A stretch of DNA of 64,000 nt from an uncultured Actinomycetota bacterium. GTDB lineage: Bacteria; Actinomycetota; Actinomycetes; S36-B12; GCA-2699445. A program made the translations under genes and the position numbers. The notes under the pieces were generated by a model, which was not told the origin of the DNA, did no database searches, and worked only from the letters and a program-made list of their open reading frames with translations. Shown here piece after piece: positions 28,329 through 40,335 of this stretch; position 1 is the stretch's first letter; the number at the start of each line of letters is the position of its first letter. Location: positions 264,158 to 328,157 of the forward strand of contig CAVXYG010000006.1 in NCBI GenBank assembly GCA_963766005.1. Reading direction: 5' to 3'.

Positions 28329-29044
28329 GCGCCGATCCGTTCGCGCAGCAGCCCGATCACGGCGTCGATGGTCTGCGGCAGCGTCATCTCGGTGGCATCC
28401 ACCTCAACAGCGCCAGGCGCCATCTGCAGCGGGGACGCCGACCGCGAGGAGTCCAGGGCGTCGCGTCGCTGCAGATCCTCATGCGTAGCTTCGGCACCGG
28501 CCGAGCCGTGAGCCAGCCCGGCGTCCTGCGCGGCTCGGCGCTGCGCGCGGATCCGGACGTCTGCGGTCAGGTAGACCTTGAGATCGGCCTCGGGCAGCAC
28601 GACCGAGCCGATGTCTCGGCCCTCCACGACGATCCCGCGCCCCGCGTCGGCGGCACGGGCGACGTCGGCCCGCTGCAGGGCCACCAGGCGATCGCGTACT
28701 GCCGGTACTGCGCTGACCGAGCTCACCGCCTCGGTCACCGCGGGACCGCGGATCGCCTCGGCGACATCGACCCCGTCGACGGTGATCCCGGGCGCATCCG
28801 GGTCGGTCGTGCTCACGATGCGCGGCTCATCGGCCCGCGCGGCCACGGCCGCGATATCGGTCACGTCCGCCCCGCTCTGCAACATCCACCACGTCATCGC
28901 GCGGTACGTCGCGCCGGTGTCGAGGTAGGCCAGATCGAGGCTGCGGGCGACCCCCTTGGCGACACTGGACTTGCCGGACCCGCTGGGGCCGTCAATGGCG
29001 ACGACGGCGCGCGCAAGCAGGTCGTCGTCGGCTGGGTGGGACAC
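28325..29044 (-). CDS. cmk: cytidylate kinase
   Basis: ORF 28325..29215. GTG 29044 after GGAGG. '[25 protein letters not shown]'. 4-nt overlap with der. Confidence 0.9.
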   Translation of the reverse strand: MSHPADDDLLARAVVAIDGPSGSGKSSVAKGVARSLDLAYLDTGATYRAMTWWMLQSGADVTDIAAVAARADEPRIVSTTDPDAPGITVDGVDVAEAIRGPAVTEAVSSVSAVPAVRDRLVALQRADVARAADAGRGIVVEGRDIGSVVLPEADLKVYLTADVRIRAQRRAAQDAGLAHGSAGAEATHEDLQRRDALDSSRSASPLQMAPGAVEVDATEMTLPQTIDAVIGLLRERIGA

Positions 29045-29102
29045 AGGGCCTCCAGGGCATTGATCTTCGGACCTTACGAGAGTACCGATCAGCGGCGCAT
29101 GG

Positions 29103-30179
29103 TCACGCGCGCAGCGACCAGCCCGCCGCTTGCAGCGTGCGGCACAGCTCGTCGGCACTGCCCGGCGCGACCGACAGCTCCACCAGTCCGGTGGGTCGGC
29201 CGAGCGCGTGCTCAATGCGGACGTCCTCGAGGTTCACGCGGGCCTCGGCAGCCTCGGCGAACAGTGCGGCCAGCGCCCCCGGTTCGTCGGGGACAGCGAC
29301 TTTGACGGTCCGGTAGCGAGACGAGGACGAGCCGTGCTTGCCCGGCAGCCGTGCCGCCCCGCGCCGGCCGGCGCTCACGGCCCGGTGCACCGCCGCCCGG
29401 CCGCGCTGGCCTCCCTGCTCGAGTTCGCCGATGAGTTGCTGCAGGTCGCCGGCCAGGCAGTGCAGCTCGGCCACGAGCGGTTCGGCGTTGGCGGTGAGGA
29501 TCTCCGACCAGAGGTCGGGATCGGAGGAGGCGATGCGGATGGTGTCGCGCAGGCCCTGGCCCGAGACCACGATCTGTTCAGCGTCGGCCTGGTTGAGCCG
29601 GCCGGCGAGCAGGCTGGCGAGCACCTGCGGGGTGTGGGAGGTGAGGGCAACTGCCCGGTCGTGCTCCTCGGGGCTCAGCTCGATGGGCACTGCGCCCACC
29701 GCTGCGATCAGCTGCAGCACGAGATCCATGCGCTCCGGTTCGGTGCCGGCGGTCGGGGTCAGCACCCACGGCCGATCGCGGAACAGCTCGGCCAACGCCG
29801 CGCCCGGGCCGCTCACCTCACGGCCGGCCATGGGGTGCCCCCCGACGAACCGCATGGCCGAGGTTCCAACGCGGTCCCGCAGGCCGGTCACGATCGATGC
29901 CTTCACCGACCCCACATCGGTCACCGTGGCCTCCGGCCAGCGCTGCAGTGCATCCCCGGCGACTTCGACGACATAGCGCGGCGGCACGGCCACGACCACG
30001 ATGTCCGGCGCCGGGTCGTCCGGCTGCCGGGCGGTCCCCGCGTGGCGGCGGACGGCCAGGCCGACCGCTTCCTCGTCGCGGTCGCTGAGGCTCACGTCCC
30101 AGCCGGCCGACCGCAGCGCGATGCCCAGAGAAGTGCCGATCAGGCCGCTGCCGATGATGAGGACCGCGGGCGCGCTCAC
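29103..30179 (-). CDS. tyrA: prephenate dehydrogenase
   Basis: ORF 29103..30545. GTG 30179 overlaps the aroH stop (GTGA). 'VLIIGSGLIGTSLG', 'GGHPMAG', ACT-like C-terminus. Confidence 0.9.
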   Translation of the reverse strand: MSAPAVLIIGSGLIGTSLGIALRSAGWDVSLSDRDEEAVGLAVRRHAGTARQPDDPAPDIVVVAVPPRYVVEVAGDALQRWPEATVTDVGSVKASIVTGLRDRVGTSAMRFVGGHPMAGREVSGPGAALAELFRDRPWVLTPTAGTEPERMDLVLQLIAAVGAVPIELSPEEHDRAVALTSHTPQVLASLLAGRLNQADAEQIVVSGQGLRDTIRIASSDPDLWSEILTANAEPLVAELHCLAGDLQQLIGELEQGGQRGRAAVHRAVSAGRRGAARLPGKHGSSSSRYRTVKVAVPDEPGALAALFAEAAEARVNLEDVRIEHALGRPTGLVELSVAPGSADELCRTLQAAGWSLRA

Positions 30180-30538
30180 TGGGCGAGGTCCTGCCGCAGG
30201 ACTTCCGCGCCGCGCAGGTAGACGTGCCGGACGCGATCGCGCGGCAGGTCGACATCGACATGGGCCATCGCGCGCACGACGCGCGGCAGGGCTCCGGCGA
30301 CGTCGAGCTCTTGGGCCGACAGCAGCGGGACGTCTCCGAGGCCGAGTCCGCGAGCGGCCGTCGCCGGGAACGTGCAACGCAGGTCCGGTGTGGCGGTGAG
30401 AATGATGCTCACCAGATGGTCGGCGTCCACGCCGTTGCGCTGCAGCATCGCCGCGATGAGCTCCTGCACGGCCTCGGCCATCTCCGCCGCGTCGTCGGCG
30501 GTCAACTGGGTCGCCCCGCGGATTGCGCGTACCGCCAC
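30176..30538 (-). CDS. aroH: AroH-type monofunctional chorismate mutase
   Basis: 120-aa ORF 'MAVRAIRGATQLTADD...HVYLRGAEVLRQDL'. Confidence 0.85.
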   Translation of the reverse strand: MAVRAIRGATQLTADDAAEMAEAVQELIAAMLQRNGVDADHLVSIILTATPDLRCTFPATAARGLGLGDVPLLSAQELDVAGALPRVVRAMAHVDVDLPRDRVRHVYLRGAEVLRQDLAQ

Positions 30539-30656
30539 CGAACACCTCCCTGATCCGGGTACCAGACTACGTGCGCCGCGGGTCCCGCGATGCGGGGCAC
30601 CGGCGGCACGGTGGCGGCCGCCCGACCCTCGGCGTCGTCGCGTCGCTTCCCAGACG

Positions 30657-30704
30657 TTGATCGCTGCGAATTCCCGGTGCTGCGCCAGAATTCGCAGCGA
30701 TCAA
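30657..30704. promoter_or_regulatory. perfect 17-bp inverted repeat TTGATCGCTGCGAATTC-N14-GAATTCGCAGCGATCAA in the rluB/aroH intergenic region
   Basis: Read directly. It could be an operator or the rluB transcript-end hairpin; its role was not determined. Confidence 0.5.
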
Positions 30705-30708
30705 GGAG

Positions 30709-30864
30709 CACGGGGCGGAGGCGCGGCACGGGGCGGAGGCGCGGCACGGGGCGGAGGCGCGGCACGGGGCGGAGGCGCGGCACGGGGCGGAGGCGCGGCA
30801 CGGGGCGGAGGCGCGGCACGGGGCGGAGGCGCGGCACGGGGCGGAGGCGCGGCACGGGGCGCGG
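30709..30864. repeat. 18-bp tandem repeat CACGGGGCGGAGGCGCGG, 8 perfect copies plus a partial ninth
   Basis: Read directly. Intergenic, upstream of the aroH-tyrA-cmk-der array. Confidence 0.95.
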
Positions 30865-30883
30865 TTGGTCGGGCGCTCCGGGG

Positions 30884-31612
30884 CTACAGGCCCGCGGCCG
30901 CGTACAGGCTGCGCAACTCCTCGCCCGCGATGGGGCGGACGGTCCCCTGGCGCTGGGAGCCGAGGTGGATCGGGCCCACGACCGTGCGGACCAGGGCGCG
31001 GACCGGCCGGTCCTGAGACGCCAGCAGTCGGCGCACGATGCGGTTGCGGCCCTCGTGCAGGCTCAACTGCACCATGGCGCGGTCGCCGGTCTGCTGCACG
31101 ACGCGAAAGGCATCCACCGCGACCGGTCCGTCCTCCAGCTCCACGCCCTGGCGCAGCCGGCCGCCCAATCCGCCGGGCACCGGCGCGTCGATCGTGGCCA
31201 CATAGGTCTTCGTGACGCCGTGGCTCGGATGGCCGAGCCGGTTGGCCAACTCGCCGTCGTTCGTCAGCAGCAGCAGCCCCTCGGTGTCGGCGTCGAGGCG
31301 GCCGACGTGGAAGAGCCGTTGCGGGATGTCAGCCACGTAGTCGCCGACGCAGGGCCGGCCGCGGTCGTCGGCCATCGTGCTCAGCACGCCGCGGGGCTTG
31401 TTGAGCGCCACGACGACGAGATCGGGCGCCGTCGGGACCCGCACGCCGTCGAGGTGGATCACATCGGTAGCGGGATCGACGCGGGTGCCCAGGGCGGTGA
31501 CAACCGCCCCGTTGACCGCGACGCGACCGCGCTCGATGAGGATCTCGCACTTGCGCCTGCTGCCGATCCCTGCGGCCGCCAGCACTTTCTGGAGGCGGAC
31601 GGGCTCGCTCAT
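30884..31612 (-). CDS. rluB: 23S rRNA pseudouridine synthase, RluB/RsuA family
   Basis: ORF 30884..32386, in-frame ATG 31612. S4 domain 'RLQKVLAAAGIGSRRKCE' and 'HVGRLDADTEGLLLLTNDG'. Confidence 0.9.
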   Translation of the reverse strand: MSEPVRLQKVLAAAGIGSRRKCEILIERGRVAVNGAVVTALGTRVDPATDVIHLDGVRVPTAPDLVVVALNKPRGVLSTMADDRGRPCVGDYVADIPQRLFHVGRLDADTEGLLLLTNDGELANRLGHPSHGVTKTYVATIDAPVPGGLGGRLRQGVELEDGPVAVDAFRVVQQTGDRAMVQLSLHEGRNRIVRRLLASQDRPVRALVRTVVGPIHLGSQRQGTVRPIAGEELRSLYAAAGL

Positions 31613-32364
31613 GGCAGGTCGAGGGCGGCACCGTCGACGTGGTCGGCAACGTCGACGGGGTCGGGCAGCAGGTCGACGATCGGCGGCAGCTCGGACAGGT
31701 CGGTCAGGTTCATCCGCTCCAGGAACAGTGTCGTGGTCGCATAGAGCCCAGCGCCGGTGAGCGGATCCTCGGCGGTCTGCTCGATGAGTCCGCGGGACTG
31801 CAGCGTGCGCATGACGGCGTCGACATTCACGCCGCGGATACTGCCCACCTTGGCGCGGCTCACCGGCTGCCGGTAGGCGATGACGGCGAGGGTCTCCAGA
31901 GCTGCCTGGCTGAGGCGGGCCTGGCGGCCGTCGGTCACCCAGCGGTGCACGACGGGTGCGCAGTGCGCGGAGCTGTAGAAGCGCCAGCCGTTGGCCACGC
32001 GGCGCAGCTCGAAGCCGCGGCCGACCCGGCGGTAGTCGTCGGCCAGCCCCTGCAAGGTCTCGCGCACCTCCTCGGGAGGGCTTCCGGTCGCCGATGCGAG
32101 CTCGTCCTCGGCCATCGGCTCGGCCGCGATGATGAGCAGGGACTCCAACGCCGCGGGCAGCCCGATCTCCGGCGAGTGGGCGGGGTGCTCCGGGGGTGCT
32201 GTGTCGGAGGCGGCGTGCGGCGCTGCCGTCTGGGAGTCCGGCGCCGCCGTCTCCGGGTCCGGCGCGGGTGCCCGGTTCGGCAACTCGCGCTCGGGATCGG
32301 CAGCGGGTCCCGGCTGCCCGACGGTCTCGACGACCGGCACCTGCGGCGTCACGGTTTCTGTCAT
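31609..32364 (-). CDS. scpB: SMC-Scp complex subunit ScpB
   Basis: 251-aa ORF. 'LSQAALETLAVIAYRQPVSRAKVGSIRGVNVDAVMRTLQSRGLI'. 4-nt overlaps on both sides. Confidence 0.9.
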   Translation of the reverse strand: MTETVTPQVPVVETVGQPGPAADPERELPNRAPAPDPETAAPDSQTAAPHAASDTAPPEHPAHSPEIGLPAALESLLIIAAEPMAEDELASATGSPPEEVRETLQGLADDYRRVGRGFELRRVANGWRFYSSAHCAPVVHRWVTDGRQARLSQAALETLAVIAYRQPVSRAKVGSIRGVNVDAVMRTLQSRGLIEQTAEDPLTGAGLYATTTLFLERMNLTDLSELPPIVDLLPDPVDVADHVDGAALDLP

Positions 32365-33215
32365 CGGGTGCCCCCTCCGCCGACACCCTGCATGGCCGGC
32401 GCTTGTTCCTCGTCGAACTCGTCGAACTGCTCGCCCACCGCGACTGAGTCCGTGTGCGCGCCCTCCCAGCGGATGACGAGGCCGGTCAGCGGCACGGGCT
32501 GGTCGAAACGGACAAGCCCCTCGCGGTAGAGCTCCAGCACCGCCAGGAAGCGGGCCACGACGTGCAGCCGGTCGGGAGCATCGGCGGTGAGTTCGGCGAA
32601 CGTGGCCTCGCCGACCCGTTGCAGCCGGTCCAGCAGCAGCGCGGCCTGGTCGCGCACGCTGACCGGGTTGGCGTGGACATGACTGACCGAGACGGTGGGC
32701 GGCGGTGCGGGCGTCAGCGCGCTGACCGCCAGCAGCGCGAGTTCCTCGGCGGTGATCGTCACCTCGACATCCGGCAGCAGGCCCCGCAGGTCGGGGTCGA
32801 GCCCCACTGCGCGCGGGGACCGAGCCGGGTCCTCCTGCAGCACGTCGGCGAAATGGGCGGACATCTGCTTGTAGGCCCGGTACTGGAGCAATCGGGCGAA
32901 GAGCAGGTCGCGGGCCTCGAGCAGCGCGAGGTCCTCCTCGTCCTCGACCTCGTCGCCGGGCAGCAGTCGCGAGGCCTTCAGATCCAGCAGCGTGGCCGCC
33001 ACGAGCAGGAACTCGGTGGCCTCGCTGAGGTCCCAGTCCTCGCCCTGCGCCCTGATGTAGGTGAGGAAGTCGTCGGTGACGCTGTGGAGCGCCAGCGCGG
33101 TGAGTTCCAGCTCGTGCTTGGCGATGAGCGACAGCAGCAGATCCAGCGGGCCCTCGAAGTCGCCGATGCGCACCGCGAAGCCCTGGCGCCCGGGAGCCTC
33201 CGCCGGTGTGGTCAC
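32361..33215 (-). CDS. scpA: segregation and condensation protein ScpA
   Basis: 284-aa ORF. 'FEGPLDLLLSLIAKHELELTALALHSVTDDFLTYI'. Confidence 0.9.
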   Translation of the reverse strand: MTTPAEAPGRQGFAVRIGDFEGPLDLLLSLIAKHELELTALALHSVTDDFLTYIRAQGEDWDLSEATEFLLVAATLLDLKASRLLPGDEVEDEEDLALLEARDLLFARLLQYRAYKQMSAHFADVLQEDPARSPRAVGLDPDLRGLLPDVEVTITAEELALLAVSALTPAPPPTVSVSHVHANPVSVRDQAALLLDRLQRVGEATFAELTADAPDRLHVVARFLAVLELYREGLVRFDQPVPLTGLVIRWEGAHTDSVAVGEQFDEFDEEQAPAMQGVGGGGTR

Positions 33216-33284
33216 GCTACGAAGGTAGCCGATGGTGCGCCGCAGCCGCGGGAGGCGGCGGGTCGCCGATCAGTCGGACCGGAA

Positions 33285-34211
33285 TCAACCCGCGGTATCG
33301 GTGACCACCAGTTGCCCCACGGGCTCCTGCTCCGCGGTGGGGATCAGTCCGCGGGGCACCGGCCTGCCCAGCTTGATGAGGACCTCCTCCGCGAGGCTGC
33401 GGTAGGCCTGGGCCGCCGGCGAGGACGAGGCGTAGCGGGTGATAGGAAGCCCCGCGACGGAGGTTTCCGGGAACTTGATGGTGCGGTTGATGACGGTGAC
33501 GAACAGCTTGTCGCTGAAGCCGTCCTGCAGCCGCTGCAGGACCTCTCTGGCATGCACGGTGCGACCGTCGAACATGGTCGCCAGCACGCCCATCACCTGC
33601 AGGTTGGGATTGAGGCGGCGCTGCACCTTGGTGATCGTGTCCATCAGCAGGGCCACACCGCGCAGGGCGAAGAACTCGCACTCCAGCGGGACCAGGACCC
33701 AGTCCGCGGCGCACAGCGCATTGAGGGTGAGCAGGCCCAGCGAGGGCTGGCAGTCGATGAGGACGACGTCGTACTCCGGCAACAGCGGCTGGAGGACCCG
33801 TTGCAGGGCGCTCTCGCGGCCCACTTCGGTGACCAGCTGCAGCTCGGCGGCCGAGAGATCGATGTTCGCCGGCAGCAGGTCCAGTCCGAGCACCGAGGTC
33901 GGGACGACGATGTCCGCCGCCGTTCCTTCAGGTTCAAGGAGAAGGTTATAGATCGTCCGGTCAAGCGTATGGGGGTTGACGCCCAGGCCCACCGACGCGG
34001 CACCCTGCGGGTCGAAGTCCACCAGGAGGACGCGGAAACCCTGCTCGACCAGCGCTGCACCGAGGTTGATCGTGGTCGTGGTCTTGCCGACCCCGCCCTT
34101 CTGGTTGGACAGCGCGATGACTGCGGCGCGCTGATGCGCCGAGGCGCGCGCTCCTGCTAGATCCGGGTCCCGCAAGTCCACATCGAAGTCCACCGACGCC
34201 TCCAGACGCAC
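33285..34211 (-). CDS. ParA/Soj-family ATPase
   Basis: 308-aa ORF. Deviant Walker A 'NQKGGVGKTTTT'. Confidence 0.9.
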   Translation of the reverse strand: MRLEASVDFDVDLRDPDLAGARASAHQRAAVIALSNQKGGVGKTTTTINLGAALVEQGFRVLLVDFDPQGAASVGLGVNPHTLDRTIYNLLLEPEGTAADIVVPTSVLGLDLLPANIDLSAAELQLVTEVGRESALQRVLQPLLPEYDVVLIDCQPSLGLLTLNALCAADWVLVPLECEFFALRGVALLMDTITKVQRRLNPNLQVMGVLATMFDGRTVHAREVLQRLQDGFSDKLFVTVINRTIKFPETSVAGLPITRYASSSPAAQAYRSLAEEVLIKLGRPVPRGLIPTAEQEPVGQLVVTDTAG

Positions 34212-34317
34212 CAGTGCCGGCCAACGCGCCGACTGTTCCCCTCGGCTCCGACATTAGGTGCCGCGCGTAGCCGCGCACAAGGAGATCGCGAGGTTCCGCG
34301 GCACCTGTGGGGCTTGC

Positions 34318-36638
<2,321 letters not shown>

Positions 36639-36740
36639 TCAGGCTATCAGCGAGCCGGCGGCCACCCCCGGCTCTGGGCGGCCGCGGTCATCCGTGTCGC
36701 GGGGCGAGGAGGGCGGGTCACGCACCGGGCGCGCGGGCCC

Positions 36741-38469
36741 TCACCCGGCGGTGCGCTGCGATCGGACCGTGTCGGCGAGGTCGATGAGTTCCTCGGCGTG
36801 GGCCACCGCGTTGGCGGAATCGTCCAGCCCCGTCATCATGCGCGCCAGTTCCCGTGCCCGGTCCTGCGGGCCGAGCGATGTGATGGAGGACGAGGTCACC
36901 TGGCCGTCGGACTGCTTGCGCACCACGATGTGCTGGTCGGCGAAGGCGGCGACCTGCGGCAGGTGGGTGACAACGATGACCTGCGCGCCGGCGGCGAGCA
37001 GGGCCAGCCGCTGCCCGACCTCGACCGCCGCCCGGCCGCCGATGCCGGCATCGACTTCGTCGAACACGAAGACCGGAACCGGGTTCGCCCCGGCCAGCGC
37101 CACCTCCAGCGCAAGCATCACGCGGGACAGCTCGCCGCCGCTGGCGCCCTGGTCGATGGGCCGCGGCGGGGCGCCGCGATGGGCGATGAAGTCCAGGCCC
37201 ACATCGTCGAACCCGTCGCGGCGCAGGCCGACGGCGGTGCCGTCCGGCAGCGGAATGCCGTCGGGGTCACGGGCAAGCTCCACCGACACCGCCAGGGACG
37301 CGTGCGGCAGAGCGAGTGCGGCCAGTTCTGCCGTGACGGCCTCACCGAGGCGTTGCGGCCGCTGCGACACGGGTCTCGTGCAGCGCCAGCCCGATGGCGG
37401 CAACCTCGGCGGCCGCTGCCCGGCGCTCGGCCGTCAGGCGCTCCAGCCGTTCATCGGCGGTGTCGAGGTCGTGCAGTTGGCTGGCCGCATCGGCCGCCCA
37501 CTGCAGGACCTCCGCCACGCTGTCGCCGTACTTGCGCTGCAACTGCTTCAGCAGGGCGAGCCGTTGCTGCACCTCGTCCAGCCGTGCCGGGTCGGCGTCC
37601 AGGCCGTCGAGATGGGCGGCCACCCCGCTGGCGGTGTCGCCGACGATCGCCTGCGCCTGGCCCACCGCTTCGACCAGCGGCGACAGCGCCCCGTCGTGCA
37701 GAGCGCTCCGCGCCAGCAGATGCTCTGCGGCCGCGAGGCCGGCCTCGACGCTGCGCTCCTCGTCCTCGCGCAGCAGCCGGTACGCCTCGCCGAGCCCCTC
37801 GCGCAGTTCCACGACGTGCTCGAGGCGCTGCAGCTCGTTGCGCAGCTCCTGCTCCTCGCCCGCAGTCAGGCCCGCCGCGTTGATCTCGGCGCACCCGTGG
37901 CGCAACAGGTCCGCCCGCTGCGCCGCCTCCCGGTCCTTCGTGCGCAGTGCCGCGAGCCCTGCGTCCAGCGACCGCAGATGCTCGACGGACTCGGCGAACC
38001 GGCCGACGGCGGCGAGGTGCTCGGCGCCGGCGTAGGTGTCGAGCAGCGAGCGCCGGTAGCGGGCAACGGCGAGGCGGCGCTGATCGTTCTGGCCGTGGCG
38101 CACGACCAGCTCGTCGCCGAGCTCGGCCAGCAGCGAGGCCGGAGCGCCGCGACCGGCCAGCCACCCGCGGGAGCGCTGCTCCCCCACCGATCGGCCCACC
38201 AGGACCAGGCCGTCCTCCAGTTGGACGTCGTAGTCGCCGAGCAGGGCTGCCGTGTCCTGGACCCGGATGCCCGCCTCGACCTCGGCGCGGGTCGAACCGG
38301 GCCGGATGAGGCCCGGGTTCGCGCGGCCGCCGAACAGCAGGTCCAGCGCGGTCATGATCATGGTCTTGCCGGCACCGGTCTCGCCGGTCAGCGCGACCAT
38401 GCCCGGCGACAGCGCCAACTCCGCCTCGGCGATGACCCCGAGGCCGCTGATCCGCAGGTAGTCGATCAC
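36741..38469 (-). pseudogene. recN: DNA repair protein RecN, reading frame broken by one extra nucleotide near 37352-37365
   Basis: N-terminal 375 codons from GTG 38469 ('LTGETGAGKTM') end at a TGA at 37342. The C-terminal part ('QRLGEAVTAEL...ASGGELSRVMLA...VFDEVDAGIGG') is in ORF 36741..37403. Total span is 1729 nt (3n+1). Confidence 0.85.
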
Positions 38470-39392
38470 GGCTGCTTCGGCTCCTCTCGCCAGCCGCCGA
38501 CCGGGAGGTCGAACTTGGCCACCAATCGGTCGGTGAACGGTCGGGCGTGGACGCGTGCGAAGCGCAGCCGCTGCGGGGATGTCGTCACCTCGACGCGGGA
38601 TCCGGGGGGTGCGGTTGCGCTGCGTCGGCCGTCGCACCAGACCACCGCGCCCTCGGTGCTCTGGGCGAGATCGATCGCCACGTGGGATTCCGGCGAGATC
38701 ACCAGGGGCCGGGCGAACAGGGCGTGGGCGCTGAGCGGGACCACGACCATGGCCGACACGTCCGGCCACACGACGGGGCCTCCCGCAGACCAGGCGTAGG
38801 CGGTGGATCCGGTCGGCGTGGCGCAGATGACGCCGTCGCAGCCCCACTGCGACAGCGGGCGGTGGTCGACCTCCAGCCGGACCGAGATCATGCGCTCTCG
38901 GGCCAGTTTCTCCACCGACGCCTCGTTCAGCGCCCATGTCCGCCAGATCTCGCGGCCGTCGAAGTGCAGCACCACGTCGAGCACGGTGCGTTCTTCGGTG
39001 ACCCACTCGCGGTTGATGAGCGCCGCAGCCACGTCCCGGACATTCTCCGGCTCCACCTCGGCCAGGAAGCCGACGTGCCCGAGGTTCACGCCGACCAGCG
39101 GCGCGTCGATGGCAAGCGCGAGTTCCGCGGCGCGCAGTATCGTCCCGTCGCCGCCCACGACCACGACGAGCTCGCAGCCCTGCGGGGGCGGACCCTCAGG
39201 GGCGAAGACATGCTCGTGCGGGACGCCGCCGCTCACGCCGGCCGCCTCGTCGTTGGGCAGCCAGACGGCGATCCCCGACGCGGTGAGGTTGCGCAGCAGG
39301 GACCGGGCCACGCCCAGCGCCGCCTCCCGGCCGGCGTGCGTGATCATGACCAGCGCGCGCTCTGCCGGCTTCTGGGGCGGTTCCGGGATCAT
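38466..39392 (-). CDS. nadK: NAD kinase
   Basis: 308-aa ORF. 'VVVGGDGTILRAA'. The recN GTG overlaps its stop (GTGA). Confidence 0.93.
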   Translation of the reverse strand: MIPEPPQKPAERALVMITHAGREAALGVARSLLRNLTASGIAVWLPNDEAAGVSGGVPHEHVFAPEGPPPQGCELVVVVGGDGTILRAAELALAIDAPLVGVNLGHVGFLAEVEPENVRDVAAALINREWVTEERTVLDVVLHFDGREIWRTWALNEASVEKLARERMISVRLEVDHRPLSQWGCDGVICATPTGSTAYAWSAGGPVVWPDVSAMVVVPLSAHALFARPLVISPESHVAIDLAQSTEGAVVWCDGRRSATAPPGSRVEVTTSPQRLRFARVHARPFTDRLVAKFDLPVGGWREEPKQP

Positions 39393-40198
39393 CCCTCGGG
39401 TCCTTCCGCTACGGCCGTGGAGATCTCATCATCACTGACCGGTGGGGCACCGCGTCGCAGCCACACGAAGTACTCGACGTTGCCGCTCGGCCCGGGCACG
39501 CTGCTGGCGGTGACGCCCGCTGTACCCCAGCCCAGCGCCATGGCCGCAACGCACACCTCTGCGATGGCGTCGCGGCGCAGTTGCGGATCGCGGACGACCC
39601 CGTGCCGTCCCACCTTCGTCCGGCCGACTTCGAACTGCGGCTTCACCATGAGCAGCAGGTCGGCCGCAGCGTCGGCGATGGCGGTGATCGCCGGGAGCAC
39701 AGTCGTCAACGAGATGAAGGAGAGGTCGGCGACCACGACCTCCGGGGGCCAAGGCAGGTCGTCTGCCGTGAGGTGCCTGACGTTGGTGCGATCCATGACG
39801 ATCACGCGCGGATCCTGCTGGAGCCGCCACACGAGCTGGCCGTAGCCGACGTCGACCGCGAGCACGCTGGCGGCCTGCTGCGCGAGCAGGACATCGGTGA
39901 AGCCGCCCGTACTGGCCCCGGCATCCAGGCATCGGCGTCCCGCGACCGGTCGCATGCCGCGGGCCAGGAACACCTCCAGCGCGCCGAGCAGCTTGCCGGC
40001 GCCCCGCGACGCCCACGAGGGCGCGTGCGCGGCGATGACGATGGGGTCTGCGGGATCGACTTGCCGTGCGGGCTTGTCGGCGACGGTACCGGCGATGAGC
40101 ACGTCTCCGGATTCGATGAGAGCACGCGCTCGCTCGCGCGACTCCGCCATCCCCCTGCGGACCAGCTCAGCATCCAGCCGACGCCGGCCCACGATCAC
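39389..40198 (-). CDS. tlyA: TlyA-family rRNA 2'-O-methyltransferase
   Basis: 269-aa ORF. S4 domain plus 'CLDAGASTGGFTDVLL'. Confidence 0.9.
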   Translation of the reverse strand: MIVGRRRLDAELVRRGMAESRERARALIESGDVLIAGTVADKPARQVDPADPIVIAAHAPSWASRGAGKLLGALEVFLARGMRPVAGRRCLDAGASTGGFTDVLLAQQAASVLAVDVGYGQLVWRLQQDPRVIVMDRTNVRHLTADDLPWPPEVVVADLSFISLTTVLPAITAIADAAADLLLMVKPQFEVGRTKVGRHGVVRDPQLRRDAIAEVCVAAMALGWGTAGVTASSVPGPSGNVEYFVWLRRGAPPVSDDEISTAVAEGPEG

Positions 40199-40335
40199 CC
40201 CTCGTCGCGCGTGAGCGCGGCATCGAGCGCCGTCGCGATGCCTTCCAGCGCCGCGACCCGCTCGGGCACGCCAAGCGACTCCAGCGCTGCCAGGTCCTGC
40301 CGCGCCTGCTCCTCCGGAGGCCGACCGTCAGGCAT
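40195..40335 (-). CDS. small conserved-looking ORF (46 aa) immediately upstream of tlyA
   Basis: ATG 40335 gives 'MPDGRPPEEQARQDLAALESLGVPERVAALEGIATALDAALTRDEG'. Its stop overlaps the tlyA GTG (GTGA), and its start overlaps the stop of the upstream gene's repeat-consistent frame. Confidence 0.45.
   Translation of the reverse strand: MPDGRPPEEQARQDLAALESLGVPERVAALEGIATALDAALTRDEG

Noticed and set aside
30502-30855. ORF encoding (PRLRPV)x8.
   Set aside because: This is a translation artefact of the 18-bp tandem repeat. It overlaps the start of aroH out of frame (30502-30538) and has no credible start context.
30709-30864. The 18-bp repeat array considered as a CRISPR array.
   Set aside because: The units are directly adjacent with no spacers. 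The unit is too short, and there are no cas genes.
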